DNA of 64,000 bases from an uncultured delta proteobacterium (GCA_963789115.1 CAWBJH010000001.1:72816-136815), one strand, 5' to 3'. Counted from the stretch's first letter, positions 52,499-62,462 are shown. Program-made: numbers and translations. Notes: a model not told the origin generated them from the sequence alone.

Positions 52499-53310
52499 GC
52501 GTAAGGCCACAAGGCGCGGCACTTCGCGCGACGGAAATTTCGGCCGGCTACGGCGGCCGCCAGGTGCTCCATCGCGTCTCCCTCGAAGTGGGGTTCGGAG
52601 AGCTGCTCGCGATCGTGGGGCCAAACGGTGCGGGCAAATCAACCATCCTCAGGCTGCTCGCGGGGTCGCTTGAGCCGTGGCAGGGCACGATCGAGCTGCT
52701 GGGCAAGCCGCGGGCCGACTTTGACCGGCGCGATTTGGCCCGCAATGTCGCGACCGTCGCGCAGGACAACGTGGTCGCATTTCCATTCACGGTGCTGGAG
52801 GTCGTCCTGATGGGCCGCGCGCCGCATCTGGGGCTGCTCAGCTTCGAGAGCGCCCGCGACCTCGCGATCGCCGACAACGCGCTCGAGACGCTCGGGCTGA
52901 CGCCGCTTAAGGCGCGCTACGTCCAGGAACTGTCGGGCGGCGAGCGCAAGCGCGTGGTGCTGGCGCGGGCGCTGGCGCAAGAGCCGAAGGTCGCGCTGCT
53001 CGATGAGCCGACGGCTTTCTTGGACTTGAAGCACGTCGCGGAGATTTTCGCGATCCTGAAGCGGCTGTGCGCCGAGCGTGGTCTGGCCGTGATCGCGACG
53101 CTGCATGATCTCAACGCGGCGGCGCTTTACGCCGATCGCGTGCTGCTGCTCAAGGACGGCGCAGCGGTGGCGTGCGGTCCGCCCGAGCAGGTTTTCACGG
53201 CCGAAAGTCTTCGCGCGGTTTACGAGACCGAGATCTACGTCGGGCGCAATCCCGCGACCGGCGCGCTGATGGTCCTTCCCGCCACCGGCGTGCCGCGTCC
53301 TGCGGACTGA
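52495..53310 (+). CDS. ABC transporter ATP-binding protein, FecE/BtuD-like
   Basis: GPNGAGKST, LSGGERKRVVLARAL and LLDEPT motifs. The GTG start overlaps the permease stop. Confidence 0.85.
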   Translation: MSVRPQGAALRATEISAGYGGRQVLHRVSLEVGFGELLAIVGPNGAGKSTILRLLAGSLEPWQGTIELLGKPRADFDRRDLARNVATVAQDNVVAFPFTVLEVVLMGRAPHLGLLSFESARDLAIADNALETLGLTPLKARYVQELSGGERKRVVLARALAQEPKVALLDEPTAFLDLKHVAEIFAILKRLCAERGLAVIATLHDLNAAALYADRVLLLKDGAAVACGPPEQVFTAESLRAVYETEIYVGRNPATGALMVLPATGVPRPAD

Positions 53311-53525
53311 CTCTTCGGCTTGCGATAGTATCGGCGGTCGCACCAGACTCATCGCGATGAATCTACAGCCCTGGCGGTACGCGGCGGATCCGAAGTCTTA
53401 ATGGAAATTCTGGTTAAAAAGGCTATCGTCATTCAGCGCCAACCGCTTCGGAGACAGAGGAGAGGTGGTGTCTTGAAAGTCAAAGTGGAAATTCCCGATA
53501 AAATCGGGAACAGCTGGAGCGCTTC

Positions 53526-54116
53526 ATGAACCACCACGACGCGTACGGCAAACGCCTTATGGGAGTGGTGGCGGGGGACGCATTTGTGCCCAATCGAAAG
53601 ATCAACTACGGAGGCATACTCAGCGACGGCGATATCAAACCCAAGATCGACGGCGTGGTCGGTGAAACGTTGGCGGTCGAGATACAGGCCGGGTGGTCGA
53701 AGCCTGCTCGGGCCGCCATCCTGGATCTCATTTGCAGTGACGAGTACCCGTCGAAACTTCTGCTCGTGATCGGCCCTCCGAACAGTGGCGGGTACGGCGG
53801 CCCGCGCCACAACTTCTACACCAAAGCTCGAGGGTTTTTCTTCGCCCTCTCCCTGCAAAGCTGGGAGAGGGTCGGGGTGAGGGACCTTGCGGCGCCGCGT
53901 TTGGCTGCGCGGCGCCGAGGATCGAAGCGCTCCGGCCGTTGCGTGGTTGGCCCTGGCGAAAAAAGGCGCGCGCAACCAAATGTCGCTGCCGGCGCAGCGA
54001 CGCTGCGGTCCCTCACCCGACGGTCGCAGCGACCGTCGGCCTCTCCCCTCTGGGAGAGGCCATTGAAGAAGCTCCGCCGGCAAGTTTGTCAAGGAACTTC
54101 CCACTCAGGACCGTAG
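53526..54116 (+). CDS. Hypothetical protein. The first ~105 aa look genuine. The C-terminal part is read through the structured repeat and is doubtful
   Basis: GGAG RBS. N-terminus MNHHDAYGKRLMGVVAGDAFVPNRKINYGGILSDGDIKPKIDGVVGETLAVEIQ..., possibly PD-(D/E)xK-like. The ORF runs into repeat copy B. Confidence 0.35.
   Translation: MNHHDAYGKRLMGVVAGDAFVPNRKINYGGILSDGDIKPKIDGVVGETLAVEIQAGWSKPARAAILDLICSDEYPSKLLLVIGPPNSGGYGGPRHNFYTKARGFFFALSLQSWERVGVRDLAAPRLAARRRGSKRSGRCVVGPGEKRRAQPNVAAGAATLRSLTRRSQRPSASPLWERPLKKLRRQVCQGTSHSGP
53844..54067. repeat. Structured GC-rich repeat, copy B
   Basis: It has the same two blocks and five hairpins as 8679-8916. Loop nucleotides differ while the stems are conserved. 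Confidence 0.8.
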
Positions 54117-54188
54117 CGCGATCTCTTAAGGCTGAATCAGCGCCGGCGCAATTGCCCTTGTCCGATAACGTCGGTACCCTTCTCAGCG

Positions 54189-54893
54189 ATGATGACGCAG
54201 GTGGGCGGGCTCAGCCTGATCTTCGACGCCGACGACACGCTGTGGGATTCCAACATCTATTTTCTGGAAGCCGAGGCGGACTTCGTCGCGGCGCTCGAGG
54301 AGGCCGGCGTATCCACCGACAGCGCCCGGGTGCGCGCCGCAATCCGCCGCTGCGAGCTCGAAATCATCCGCAGCCACGGCTACGGGCGGCGCCCGTACGT
54401 GATGCTGCTCTGCCGGGTGACCCGCGAGGTGGCGCCGCTTAAGCTTCATGCCCGGGTCTTCCCTATCGTCGAGGAAATCGGGGAGCGCCTGACAAGCCGG
54501 CACTGCGAGCTTCTGCCCGGCGTCGAGCCGACGCTCGCCGAGCTCGCCGGGCGCCATCGATTACTGCTGTTCACCAAGGGGCAGCACGAGGAGCAGACCG
54601 GCAAGCTCGCGCGTTCCGGGCTCGGCGCGCTGTTCAGCCGGGTGGACGTAGTGGCGGAAAAGGACGTTGCAGCGTATCGCCGGCTGATCGTCGAGGCCGG
54701 GCTTGAGCCGTCAGTCAGTTTCATGATCGGCAACAGCCCGCGTTCGGACATCAATCCGGCGCTCGCGGCCGGGCTGCGCGCGGTCTATATCCCGCATCCG
54801 CACACCTGGGAGCGCGAGCACGAGCCGATCGATCACTCGGATGAGAAGATAATCTCACTTCCAGACTTCCAGAGTCTGCTGCAAGTGTTCTAG
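54189..54893 (+). CDS. HAD-superfamily hydrolase
   Basis: DADDTLWD motif I and later HAD motifs. Confidence 0.7.
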   Translation: MMTQVGGLSLIFDADDTLWDSNIYFLEAEADFVAALEEAGVSTDSARVRAAIRRCELEIIRSHGYGRRPYVMLLCRVTREVAPLKLHARVFPIVEEIGERLTSRHCELLPGVEPTLAELAGRHRLLLFTKGQHEEQTGKLARSGLGALFSRVDVVAEKDVAAYRRLIVEAGLEPSVSFMIGNSPRSDINPALAAGLRAVYIPHPHTWEREHEPIDHSDEKIISLPDFQSLLQVF

Positions 54894-54906
54894 ACTATAT
54901 TTCCCG

Positions 54907-55818
54907 ATGCCGACCGATAGTCTCAGCGGGGAGGCCCTGCTCGCAGAGCCGCCCGTGTTCGCACTCCGCCGTCGGCGCAAGCCGCCGCTTGCGTTGCGCC
55001 CGCTCCATCGCGCCTGGCGCCGGACGATCGACGAAATCGATGTCACGCGCCTGGTGCTTCCGGTGCGCGCTTTGCCGGCCTCACTTGAAGGCTTGGTGGC
55101 GTGCCAGATCAGCGATTTCCATGTCGATCGCGACGAGGACGTGGAGCGGCTGGAGAAGGCGGTGACACTGATCAATCACCATCGCCCCGACCTGGTGTTC
55201 CTGACCGGCGACTATTTTTCCGGACCGGAAACGACGCGCCGCTATCTGGGCGCGTTTCGCCGCGTGCTGGGCGAGCTTCGTCCTGCGCTCGGCACCTTCG
55301 CGATCGCGGGCAACCACGATCACTGGTCCTCCTTCGACCGCATCGCCGTCGCCCTGCGCCACGCGGGCGCCGACGTGCTCGCCAACCAAAATTGCCGGCT
55401 CAACGTGCGCGGCGAGATGCTCGTGGTGGTGGGGGTGGACGATTTATGGGCGCGCCGCGCCGAGCCGTCGCGGGCCTTCGCCGGCGTGCGGCCCGGCGAG
55501 TGCACGATTGTGCTGGCCCACAATCCCGATACCGCACTCTACATCCGCCACCTCAAGCCCGGCGTGGTGCTGTCGGGGCATACGCACGGCGGCGTGGTGC
55601 GGATTCCGCTCTACGGCTCGCCGCTGCGATCGATTCTCCGCCTCGGCAGGCAGTTCTACTCGGGGCTCAACCGGTTCGACGACTTTTACATCTACACCAA
55701 TCGCGGGCTGGGGACGTTCTGGCTCCGCGTCCGGGTCAACTGTCGTCCCGAACTATCGCGCTTCCATCTCGCGCCGCTCCACGATTCGTCGCACTCCAAC
55801 GGAAGGCACCACCGGTAG
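54907..55818 (+). CDS. Metallophosphoesterase (calcineurin-like)
   Basis: DFH...GDYF...GNHD...GHTHGG motifs. Confidence 0.75.
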   Translation: MPTDSLSGEALLAEPPVFALRRRRKPPLALRPLHRAWRRTIDEIDVTRLVLPVRALPASLEGLVACQISDFHVDRDEDVERLEKAVTLINHHRPDLVFLTGDYFSGPETTRRYLGAFRRVLGELRPALGTFAIAGNHDHWSSFDRIAVALRHAGADVLANQNCRLNVRGEMLVVVGVDDLWARRAEPSRAFAGVRPGECTIVLAHNPDTALYIRHLKPGVVLSGHTHGGVVRIPLYGSPLRSILRLGRQFYSGLNRFDDFYIYTNRGLGTFWLRVRVNCRPELSRFHLAPLHDSSHSNGRHHR

Positions 55819-55842
55819 CGGCGCGCCAACGGGCAACGGGCG

Positions 55843-56763
55843 GTGAGCGCCAGGACGGTCGCGGTCGCCGGGGCATCCGGCTTTATGGGGCGAGCGATCG
55901 CGCGCCGGTTGGCCACGATACCGGACTTGCAGCTCCGCCTGATGTCGCGAAATCCCGACGCCGCACGCGCCCGGCATGGCGGGATTGCCGGCGAATTCGT
56001 GCGCGCCGACGTGAGCGACCTCGCGTCGCTGAAGCGGGCGGTTTCGGGCGCAAGCGCCGTGGTCAACGCGGTCCAGTTCGACGGCTACCCAATCGAAGAC
56101 CCGCGGCGCGGGCTGACCTTCGAGCGGGTCGATTATGGCGGCACGATAGCGATGCTGGACGCCGCCAAGTCGGCTGGCGTCGCGCAGTTCATCTACATCA
56201 GCGGCGCCGCGGCCGACGAGTCGAGCGGTCATCCCGCGTTTCGCGCCAAGGGAAAGGCGGAGCGCGCAATCCGCGAGTCGGGGCTCGCGTTCACTATCTT
56301 CCGGCCCTCGCTGGTCTATGGCCCGGAGGACAAGGTGGTGAACACGTTCGCGAAGGCGCTCCGCTTCGCTCCGGTGTTCGCCGTGCCTGGCACCGGGCGT
56401 CAGAAAGTTCAGCCCGTGCTGGTGGACGATCTTGCCGCGTGCGTGACGCTGGCGATCGAGGGCCGCGGACGGAACAGTACCTACGAGATCGGCGGACCCG
56501 AGCTGATGACGTTCGACGACCTGATTCGCCTAATCATGGAGCTGACGGGCCGTCGCCGGCCGATCATTCACATACCCGAGTCGCTGATGCGCGCGGCGGG
56601 CGCGCTTGCCGAAAAGCTGCCGCGGCCGCTTTTCTCGCGCGACGCGGTAAGATTTGTGACAGCCGACAACGCCTGCGACATCGCGCCGCTGGTCAGAGAC
56701 TTCGGCGTTCAGCTAACACCCGCGCGCCAGGGGATGGCGTACCTGGCGCTCGCGGTGAGTTGA
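55843..56763 (+). CDS. NAD(P)-binding epimerase/dehydratase-family protein (NmrA/NDUFA9-like)
   Basis: N-terminal GASGFMG Rossmann motif. Confidence 0.7.
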   Translation: MSARTVAVAGASGFMGRAIARRLATIPDLQLRLMSRNPDAARARHGGIAGEFVRADVSDLASLKRAVSGASAVVNAVQFDGYPIEDPRRGLTFERVDYGGTIAMLDAAKSAGVAQFIYISGAAADESSGHPAFRAKGKAERAIRESGLAFTIFRPSLVYGPEDKVVNTFAKALRFAPVFAVPGTGRQKVQPVLVDDLAACVTLAIEGRGRNSTYEIGGPELMTFDDLIRLIMELTGRRRPIIHIPESLMRAAGALAEKLPRPLFSRDAVRFVTADNACDIAPLVRDFGVQLTPARQGMAYLALAVS

Positions 56764-56904
56764 GCTTTGCTCCCTCTCCCTAGACCTCCAGGGTTCAGGC
56801 GATTCTCACGTGCTGCTTTAAGTTCGCTGCAGCCGGGCCTACCGACCAGACCGGGAAGTTCCGCGCGGGTCCGTGCGACAAGGGCGACCGATGGAGAAGC
56901 AGCT

Positions 56905-57819
56905 CTACGCATTCACCCAAAGACCGGCGACCGCTTCCACCAGTTGGCCGCAGTGCCTGACGCTGGCGGCCAATTCGTCGGCGGTCGCGCCGGTCGCGCC
57001 CTCGATAGCGGCCACTTGCGCCGTGAAGTTCGGCGGTTTCAACTCAAACGACTCGACTGCCCGGAGCGAGCCCTTTTCGTTGACGAAATATTGGCGGTTG
57101 AGCGCGAACAGCACCTGCACGATGCAGCCGACGGCGCGGAACAGGCATCCCGCGACGTAGTGGACGTTGCCGCGACCCGCCGGTTTGTCGGCGATCGCCG
57201 TCGAGAAGCGCGCCTCGTAGAGGTACTTGTCGATTATCGCGCGGCGCATCGCAGGCGGGTACTCCGCGGTGAGCCGCTTGAGCGCGCGTAGCACCCCGCC
57301 GGGGTCGTGAAGTGCGCGGCAGTAATGGACCTCGCCCATGTAGATGTGGTTGTGGAAGCCGGCTGGATGGCCGATCTGGTAGTCGCAGGTGATTTGCCCC
57401 GCGCTACATCGCGCGACGACGTTGGCGACCTTGTCAAGGTCGCGGTATAGAAAATCCACGTGACGGCCCTCGATCAACAGCCATCCGCCGCCGTTGATCC
57501 ACGGACCCCATTCGCCGAACGGCGTCACCAGGCCTTCCACCGGCATGCTCGTTGTGCGCGGGTCATTCGGGACTCGTCCGCCGCCCGAGGGAAGCGAGTG
57601 TGCCGGCGAAGAATGGCGGTGGTCGAGCTGGCGCGCCAACTCCGACAGCTCCGCGATCGAAAATCGCTGCTCCGGATAGTAGTAGAGCCCCAGGTCGAGG
57701 TCGGAATCTTCGTGCGCGGTACCTCGCGCCCATGAGCCGCCGAGCGCGACTGCGGCCATTCCCGCCAGCTTGCTCAGGCGTTCGGCGATACGCTCGGCTG
57801 CGTCGATAGCCGTGTACAT
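56905..57819 (-). CDS. Nucleotidyltransferase-domain protein (KNTase-like)
   Basis: GSWARGTAHEDSDLDL motif. The start is set to MYTAIDAAERI. Confidence 0.6.
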   Translation of the reverse strand: MYTAIDAAERIAERLSKLAGMAAVALGGSWARGTAHEDSDLDLGLYYYPEQRFSIAELSELARQLDHRHSSPAHSLPSGGGRVPNDPRTTSMPVEGLVTPFGEWGPWINGGGWLLIEGRHVDFLYRDLDKVANVVARCSAGQITCDYQIGHPAGFHNHIYMGEVHYCRALHDPGGVLRALKRLTAEYPPAMRRAIIDKYLYEARFSTAIADKPAGRGNVHYVAGCLFRAVGCIVQVLFALNRQYFVNEKGSLRAVESFELKPPNFTAQVAAIEGATGATADELAASVRHCGQLVEAVAGLWVNA

Positions 57820-57916
57820 GACTGACTGCGCCGCGAGGCCCGCCAATCGTGCCTCCCGCGTCGAGTTACATGATAGCCGCGCCGCGGCGCATCGGTCAGC
57901 AGGCAAATCCGACCTG

Positions 57917-58654
57917 TCATCGCGGCGCAAACGCACGCATGAAGCCCGAGAGGTAGGCTTGATGCAACGCTTTGCGGGGAATTTTTGCCGCGCGCGCGAC
58001 GATGCGATCGAGCGCGCGACAGGCCTCGGGCGAACGGGCTATCAGCCGCGCCCGGTTGGCGGCGTGAAAGGCGGCTAGTCCGCGCGCGGTCCATCGCGAG
58101 GCGAAGAACCGGTTGAGCCGCGAATAGGCGGTGGCGCGCTGGATAAAGTTGCGGCGGATTTCCGGGTCGGCGAGGCTGGTCTCCTCGGCGACCGGCAACT
58201 CGGAATAGCTGCGAACCATCGCGTCGGCGAAAAGTCCGCGCCCCTCGCCCGGGGCGGGAACCTCCACGTCCGTCAGCCCGCAGCTCGGCGAACCGCTTTT
58301 GAAAATGTAACCGGCGAGCGACTCGCGGGCGAGGGTTTCCAACCGCCGCCTCGCATACGCGCGCATCGCGCGGGTGTGGTCGCGTCCGCTGTTTGCTCCC
58401 ACCAGTCGAGTCTCGCGCCCGCGCCGCACCAGGTTGATCGGCTCGCGTGGCACGCCTAGTCCAAGCTCGACCTCGGGGCATACGGGAACGAAGTCGAAGC
58501 GCCGCGCGAGACTGTCGGCTACGAGGCGGCTTCGCTTGTCGCCGCCGTCGTAGCGCACGTTGTGGCCGAGCAGGCACGCCGAAACCCCGACTTTCGGCCT
58601 TGGAGAATCGGCGGCCCGGTTGGCGCGATGGTCCGGGCGAGGCGCGGGTTTCAC
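57917..58654 (-). CDS. DUF523/DUF1722-domain protein (YbbK/YbgA-like)
   Basis: VGVSACLLG...RYDGG...FVPVCPEVELGLGVPREP. The GTG start abuts the upstream gene's stop. Confidence 0.6.
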   Translation of the reverse strand: MKPAPRPDHRANRAADSPRPKVGVSACLLGHNVRYDGGDKRSRLVADSLARRFDFVPVCPEVELGLGVPREPINLVRRGRETRLVGANSGRDHTRAMRAYARRRLETLARESLAGYIFKSGSPSCGLTDVEVPAPGEGRGLFADAMVRSYSELPVAEETSLADPEIRRNFIQRATAYSRLNRFFASRWTARGLAAFHAANRARLIARSPEACRALDRIVARAAKIPRKALHQAYLSGFMRAFAPR

Positions 58655-58655
58655 G

Positions 58656-59414
58656 TCACGCGAGCACGCGCGGATAGCCGGGAGTGAGGCGGGGCATTTC
58701 GAGTCCAGCCTGTGCGACCCGCCGCGCCAGCATCTCGAGGTACAGTTCGGCCAGCTCCTGGTTGTCGCGGGTCTTGAGCCCGTAGGTGATGCAATCGTAG
58801 GTGAAGCCGCTGCCGGGCGGGCCGAAGAAGTTCGCCGCGCGCGGGATCCATTCCCTGAGCGCGGCGTTGACCTTCTTCTTTCCGAAGCGCTCGACCGCGG
58901 CGCGCAACTGGCCGTACGCAAACGCGTCGTGATCGGCCTCTTCCTCCAGGATCAGCTCGGCGGCCCGGCTATGCGGCGCGTAGCTCGATTCCCGGTAATT
59001 CTCGGCGATCATCATCAGCCCCGGCGTGTCGAGGCTCAGGCTCGCCATCAACAGATCCAGCTCGCCCGCGGCGCGCTCGGCGAAGTATCGGGGAGCCTCG
59101 AACGAGGGCGCCTTGAGCGCCGGCAGCATCTGGCGTTCGGCTAGGTTCTCGCTTATCCCGAGCTCGGCGAGCGCGCCGAAGACCAGGGCGGCGTGCTTGC
59201 GCTCTTGGCGAAGGTTCTTTTCCACGGTCGTGCGCAGCGCCGGATCGGTGAGTGTCGTCAGAGCTCGCGCGTAGCCGTCGGCGGTAAGCTTTTCGGCTAT
59301 TGCGTGTGCAGCGAGCACCCGCGACAGCACCTTGAGGTAGTGCGGCTCGACCTTGCCCGCGGCGATATCGGCGGCCTCGAAGCTGCGCGGCGCGAACTTC
59401 CTGCGCGCAGGCAT
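58656..59414 (-). CDS. Ferritin-like diiron-carboxylate protein (PaaA/C- or MiaE-like)
   Basis: Two ExxH motifs (ERKHA and EEADH) in a helical protein of about 250 aa. Confidence 0.5.
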   Translation of the reverse strand: MPARRKFAPRSFEAADIAAGKVEPHYLKVLSRVLAAHAIAEKLTADGYARALTTLTDPALRTTVEKNLRQERKHAALVFGALAELGISENLAERQMLPALKAPSFEAPRYFAERAAGELDLLMASLSLDTPGLMMIAENYRESSYAPHSRAAELILEEEADHDAFAYGQLRAAVERFGKKKVNAALREWIPRAANFFGPPGSGFTYDCITYGLKTRDNQELAELYLEMLARRVAQAGLEMPRLTPGYPRVLA

Positions 59415-59424
59415 CCAGCGCCCT

Positions 59425-59856
59425 TCAGGCCCGGGAGGGCAACGCTACGGTCGCGGTGCCCGGCGTGGTTTTCTCGCCCTTGGCGTTTTCGACCCAGATC
59501 TCGCAGTCCACCAGATGATCGCCGTTCTCGACGCGCTTGCCTGTGATCTTGCCGCGGCACACGATCTTCGAGCCGGGCCGATCCATCCCGCGGTACTGGA
59601 CGGCCAGCTTCTTGAGCGTGCCATGCTCGCCGGCAAAGTCGGTGATCAAATGGCCCAGGAACGCGTTCTTAAGGGCGCCATGGAGGATCACGCCGGGCAG
59701 TCCATTGGCTAGCGCGAAGTCCTTGTCATAATGGATCTGGTAGAAGTCGCCCGAGGCGCCGGCATACCTGACTAACTGCTGAGTGGTGGGATCTTTCTCG
59801 AGCGGCGCAATCTCCTGTCCGACTTCGAGGTCTTCGAAGTAAATCTGCTTGGCCAT
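59425..59856 (-). CDS. MaoC-like (R)-specific enoyl-CoA hydratase, hotdog fold
   Basis: DFYQIHYD...GVILHG motif. Confidence 0.75.
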   Translation of the reverse strand: MAKQIYFEDLEVGQEIAPLEKDPTTQQLVRYAGASGDFYQIHYDKDFALANGLPGVILHGALKNAFLGHLITDFAGEHGTLKKLAVQYRGMDRPGSKIVCRGKITGKRVENGDHLVDCEIWVENAKGEKTTPGTATVALPSRA

Positions 59857-59872
59857 GATGGAATCCTCCGGC

Positions 59873-60322
59873 CTAGTAGCGAATAGTGGTCGAGCGCTGG
59901 ATCACACAGAGCTGATCGAACTGATTTGTGTAGCGCGTCTCGGTTACGATAAAGACCATCGGGCCGAGCCTTCCCTGCGATTCGCGCAGCTCGGCCAGTC
60001 GCGAGACCACCGCGATTCGATCGCCGGCCCGGATCGGCTCGAAGTATTCCCACTCCGAGCCGCCGTCGAGTCCGCGCAACGTCTGCATGTTGAGCGGTAC
60101 ATTGAAGAAACCTCCGCCGAGCGAACGGCAGAAGGTCGGCGGCGCCACCATCCCGCCGAATCGGGTAAGGCGCGCCTGCTTCTCGTTGTTGAAGATCGGG
60201 TTGGGATCGCCGATCGCCTCGGCGAAGCGGCGAATTGCGCCGCGCTCGATTTCGACCGTGTGCGGCTCGCTTTCGCGACCGATCATTTTTCTTGCTTCGT
60301 CGGTAACAATCTTGTCTTCCAT
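59873..60322 (-). CDS. Hotdog-fold dehydratase partner (MaoC N-terminal-like, FAS1-DH-like)
   Basis: 149 aa, paired with the downstream MaoC hotdog protein in a HadAB-like arrangement. Confidence 0.55.
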   Translation of the reverse strand: MEDKIVTDEARKMIGRESEPHTVEIERGAIRRFAEAIGDPNPIFNNEKQARLTRFGGMVAPPTFCRSLGGGFFNVPLNMQTLRGLDGGSEWEYFEPIRAGDRIAVVSRLAELRESQGRLGPMVFIVTETRYTNQFDQLCVIQRSTTIRY

Positions 60323-60398
60323 CTCCGCTCCCTTGGTTGCCAGGATTCCTGACTACATACCATAGCCCGCGCGACAAACTGAATGGAGGAACCATCCG

Positions 60399-60698
60399 AT
60401 GGCGAAGCTCACTTCCGACGAGGTCGCCGAGCGCCTCGAGCAGCTCAGCGGCTGGGAATTCAAGGACAACGCGATCAACAAGCTGTTTCGATTCAAGGAG
60501 TTTATGGAGGGTATCCGGTTCGTCAAGCAGGTGGCCGAGATCGCCGAGGCCGCTGACCATCATCCCGATATCGCGATCAACTACACTCGTATCCGCTTCT
60601 CGTGCAGCACGCACAGCGAAGGCGGCGTGACCGCGAAGGACTTCAAGCTGGCCGGCGAGATCGAGCGCGCGTTCAAGGCTGCCGGCGGGCAGCGCTAG
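60399..60698 (+). CDS. Pterin-4a-carbinolamine dehydratase (PCD/DCoH)
   Basis: EAADHHPDI motif, 99 aa. Confidence 0.8.
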   Translation: MAKLTSDEVAERLEQLSGWEFKDNAINKLFRFKEFMEGIRFVKQVAEIAEAADHHPDIAINYTRIRFSCSTHSEGGVTAKDFKLAGEIERAFKAAGGQR

Positions 60699-60802
60699 CG
60701 CCGTTGCAACTTTCTTCGCCAAATTTCACAGCGCGCAGCAAGAGGGCGGCCCGAGCCGGCACGCGCATTGGCAGCAACAAGCTGGAACGGCACCGGCCCG
60801 CG

Positions 60803-61456
60803 TCAGCGTTTGCGCGGAACGAAGTGCTGGACGCCTGCGCCGGCGTTGTCGATCTCGCGGATCAGGTCGGCCAAGTCCTCGAGGTCGTTGACGAAATCGA
60901 TATCCGAGGTGTCTACCACCAGCAGCGGCGCCTCGTCGTAGTAGAAGAAAAAATCGCGATAGGCGGCGGAGACCCGCTCCAGGTACTCGATGCTGATGGC
61001 TCGCTCGAAGTCGCGGTTTCGCCGGCGCAACCGCTCAGCGAGCACCGCGGCGTTGGCCCGGATATAAACCACCAGGTCGGGCTTGGGCATCTTCGCGTCC
61101 AGCAGCGGATAAACGCGCTCGTAGAGCGTAAGCTCGTCGGGCGCCAGATTCAGCCGGGCGAAAATCCTGTCCTTGGCGAACAGGTAATCGGCGACCGTAG
61201 CTTGCGCGAAGAGATCCTGCTGCGCCAGTTCGCGTTGCTGGTTGTAGCGGGTCAGCAGGAAAAAAAGCTGGAGCGGAAAGGCGTACTTGTCGGGATCCTG
61301 GTAGAATCGTGACAGGAACGGATTGCTCGCCGCATCCTCGAGCACCAGCCGCCCATTGAGCTGGACGGCAAGCGCCTGGGCCAGGCTGGTCTTGCCGACG
61401 CCGATCGGCCCTTCGACCGCGATGTAGCCTCGCCGCCGCCGCATCGAGCCGTTCAA
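60803..61456 (-). CDS. Deoxynucleoside kinase (dGK/dAK family)
   Basis: IAVEGPIGVGKTS P-loop and a DRY-like ERS motif. Confidence 0.75.
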   Translation of the reverse strand: MNGSMRRRRGYIAVEGPIGVGKTSLAQALAVQLNGRLVLEDAASNPFLSRFYQDPDKYAFPLQLFFLLTRYNQQRELAQQDLFAQATVADYLFAKDRIFARLNLAPDELTLYERVYPLLDAKMPKPDLVVYIRANAAVLAERLRRRNRDFERAISIEYLERVSAAYRDFFFYYDEAPLLVVDTSDIDFVNDLEDLADLIREIDNAGAGVQHFVPRKR

Positions 61457-61505
61457 CCGCTATCGGCGAAGCGTCTGGTCGCGAGAATCGTTCTTGCGCA
61501 CCCTG

Positions 61506-62363
61506 TTAGTGCCGTTTGGCCTTGGCGCGCAGCTTGGCGACCTCGGCGTCGGGAGCGCCGGCGCGCTCCATCAGGTCCGCCGCGGTCGAGTAGTCGGGCG
61601 GATCCCGCGACAGGTAGGTCTGCGCGAGTTCCATGTTGGCGGCTTTGTCGTCGGGATCGAGGCCCAGCACGTCGTTGAGCATTTTGAAGGTGACATCAGG
61701 CGTTCCCGCGAGCTTGGCGGCCTGGTTGGCGGAATGCAGGACCTTATCGGCAGCCGAATCGAGCGAGGTCTGGCCCGTCGCCTGGGTGATTAGCATGTAA
61801 GCGCGGATCGCGGCATCGTAGGCCTTGAGCGCGTCGGCATATTTCTTTTGCCCGGCCAGATCGTCGCCCTGCTGGGCGATAATCGGCGCGGCCTGACCAA
61901 GCGTGGCGAGCGCGTGCTGACGCACCGCCTTCGACTTGCTCTGGACCATGACGTCCTTCAGCGTGGCTAGCCCTTCGTCGAACTTGCCGATCTTGATGTC
62001 GCCCATCGCATCGTCGGCCTGGCTCGCCATCTGCTTGACCAGCCGGTAGTAGCGGACCTTGCTCGTCAGCTTCTGGTCGGTGGGGTCGAGCATCGAGGCT
62101 GCGTCGTACTCGCGCCCGGCGCCCTCCTCGTCGCCGAAGAATTCATCGAGCTGGGCCAGGGCCTTGTGAGCGTCGAGCATCTTGGGATCGAGCTTGACAG
62201 CCTGCTCGAACTCCGCCCGCGCGTCCTTCCAATCCTTCTTGTCGTAATGGTCAACGGCCTGGTCGAAATGGCGCTGAGCCTCGGACTTGCAGCCGCCGAG
62301 CATCATCGCCACGGCCAGGGTCAGCGCGGGGAGTAAGGCCGCGCTCGCAATTCGTAGGCGCAT
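61506..62363 (-). CDS. TPR-repeat lipoprotein
   Basis: LGGC lipobox and tetratricopeptide-like helical repeats. Confidence 0.6.
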   Translation of the reverse strand: MRLRIASAALLPALTLAVAMMLGGCKSEAQRHFDQAVDHYDKKDWKDARAEFEQAVKLDPKMLDAHKALAQLDEFFGDEEGAGREYDAASMLDPTDQKLTSKVRYYRLVKQMASQADDAMGDIKIGKFDEGLATLKDVMVQSKSKAVRQHALATLGQAAPIIAQQGDDLAGQKKYADALKAYDAAIRAYMLITQATGQTSLDSAADKVLHSANQAAKLAGTPDVTFKMLNDVLGLDPDDKAANMELAQTYLSRDPPDYSTAADLMERAGAPDAEVAKLRAKAKRH

Positions 62364-62462
62364 CGAATCAATTCCTTCGTTAGCGGTTGGTCCGGCAAAT
62401 TCGCGAGTCGAGTCTTGAAGAAATCCGCCGGAGTTGTCAAGGCGGTCTGCTGCCGCACCCTG

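Noticed and set aside
55101-56783. 560-aa Arg-rich ORF overlapping the metallophosphoesterase and epimerase genes
   Set aside because: It is in the wrong frame relative to two motif-bearing genes, and it is extremely Arg/Gly-rich
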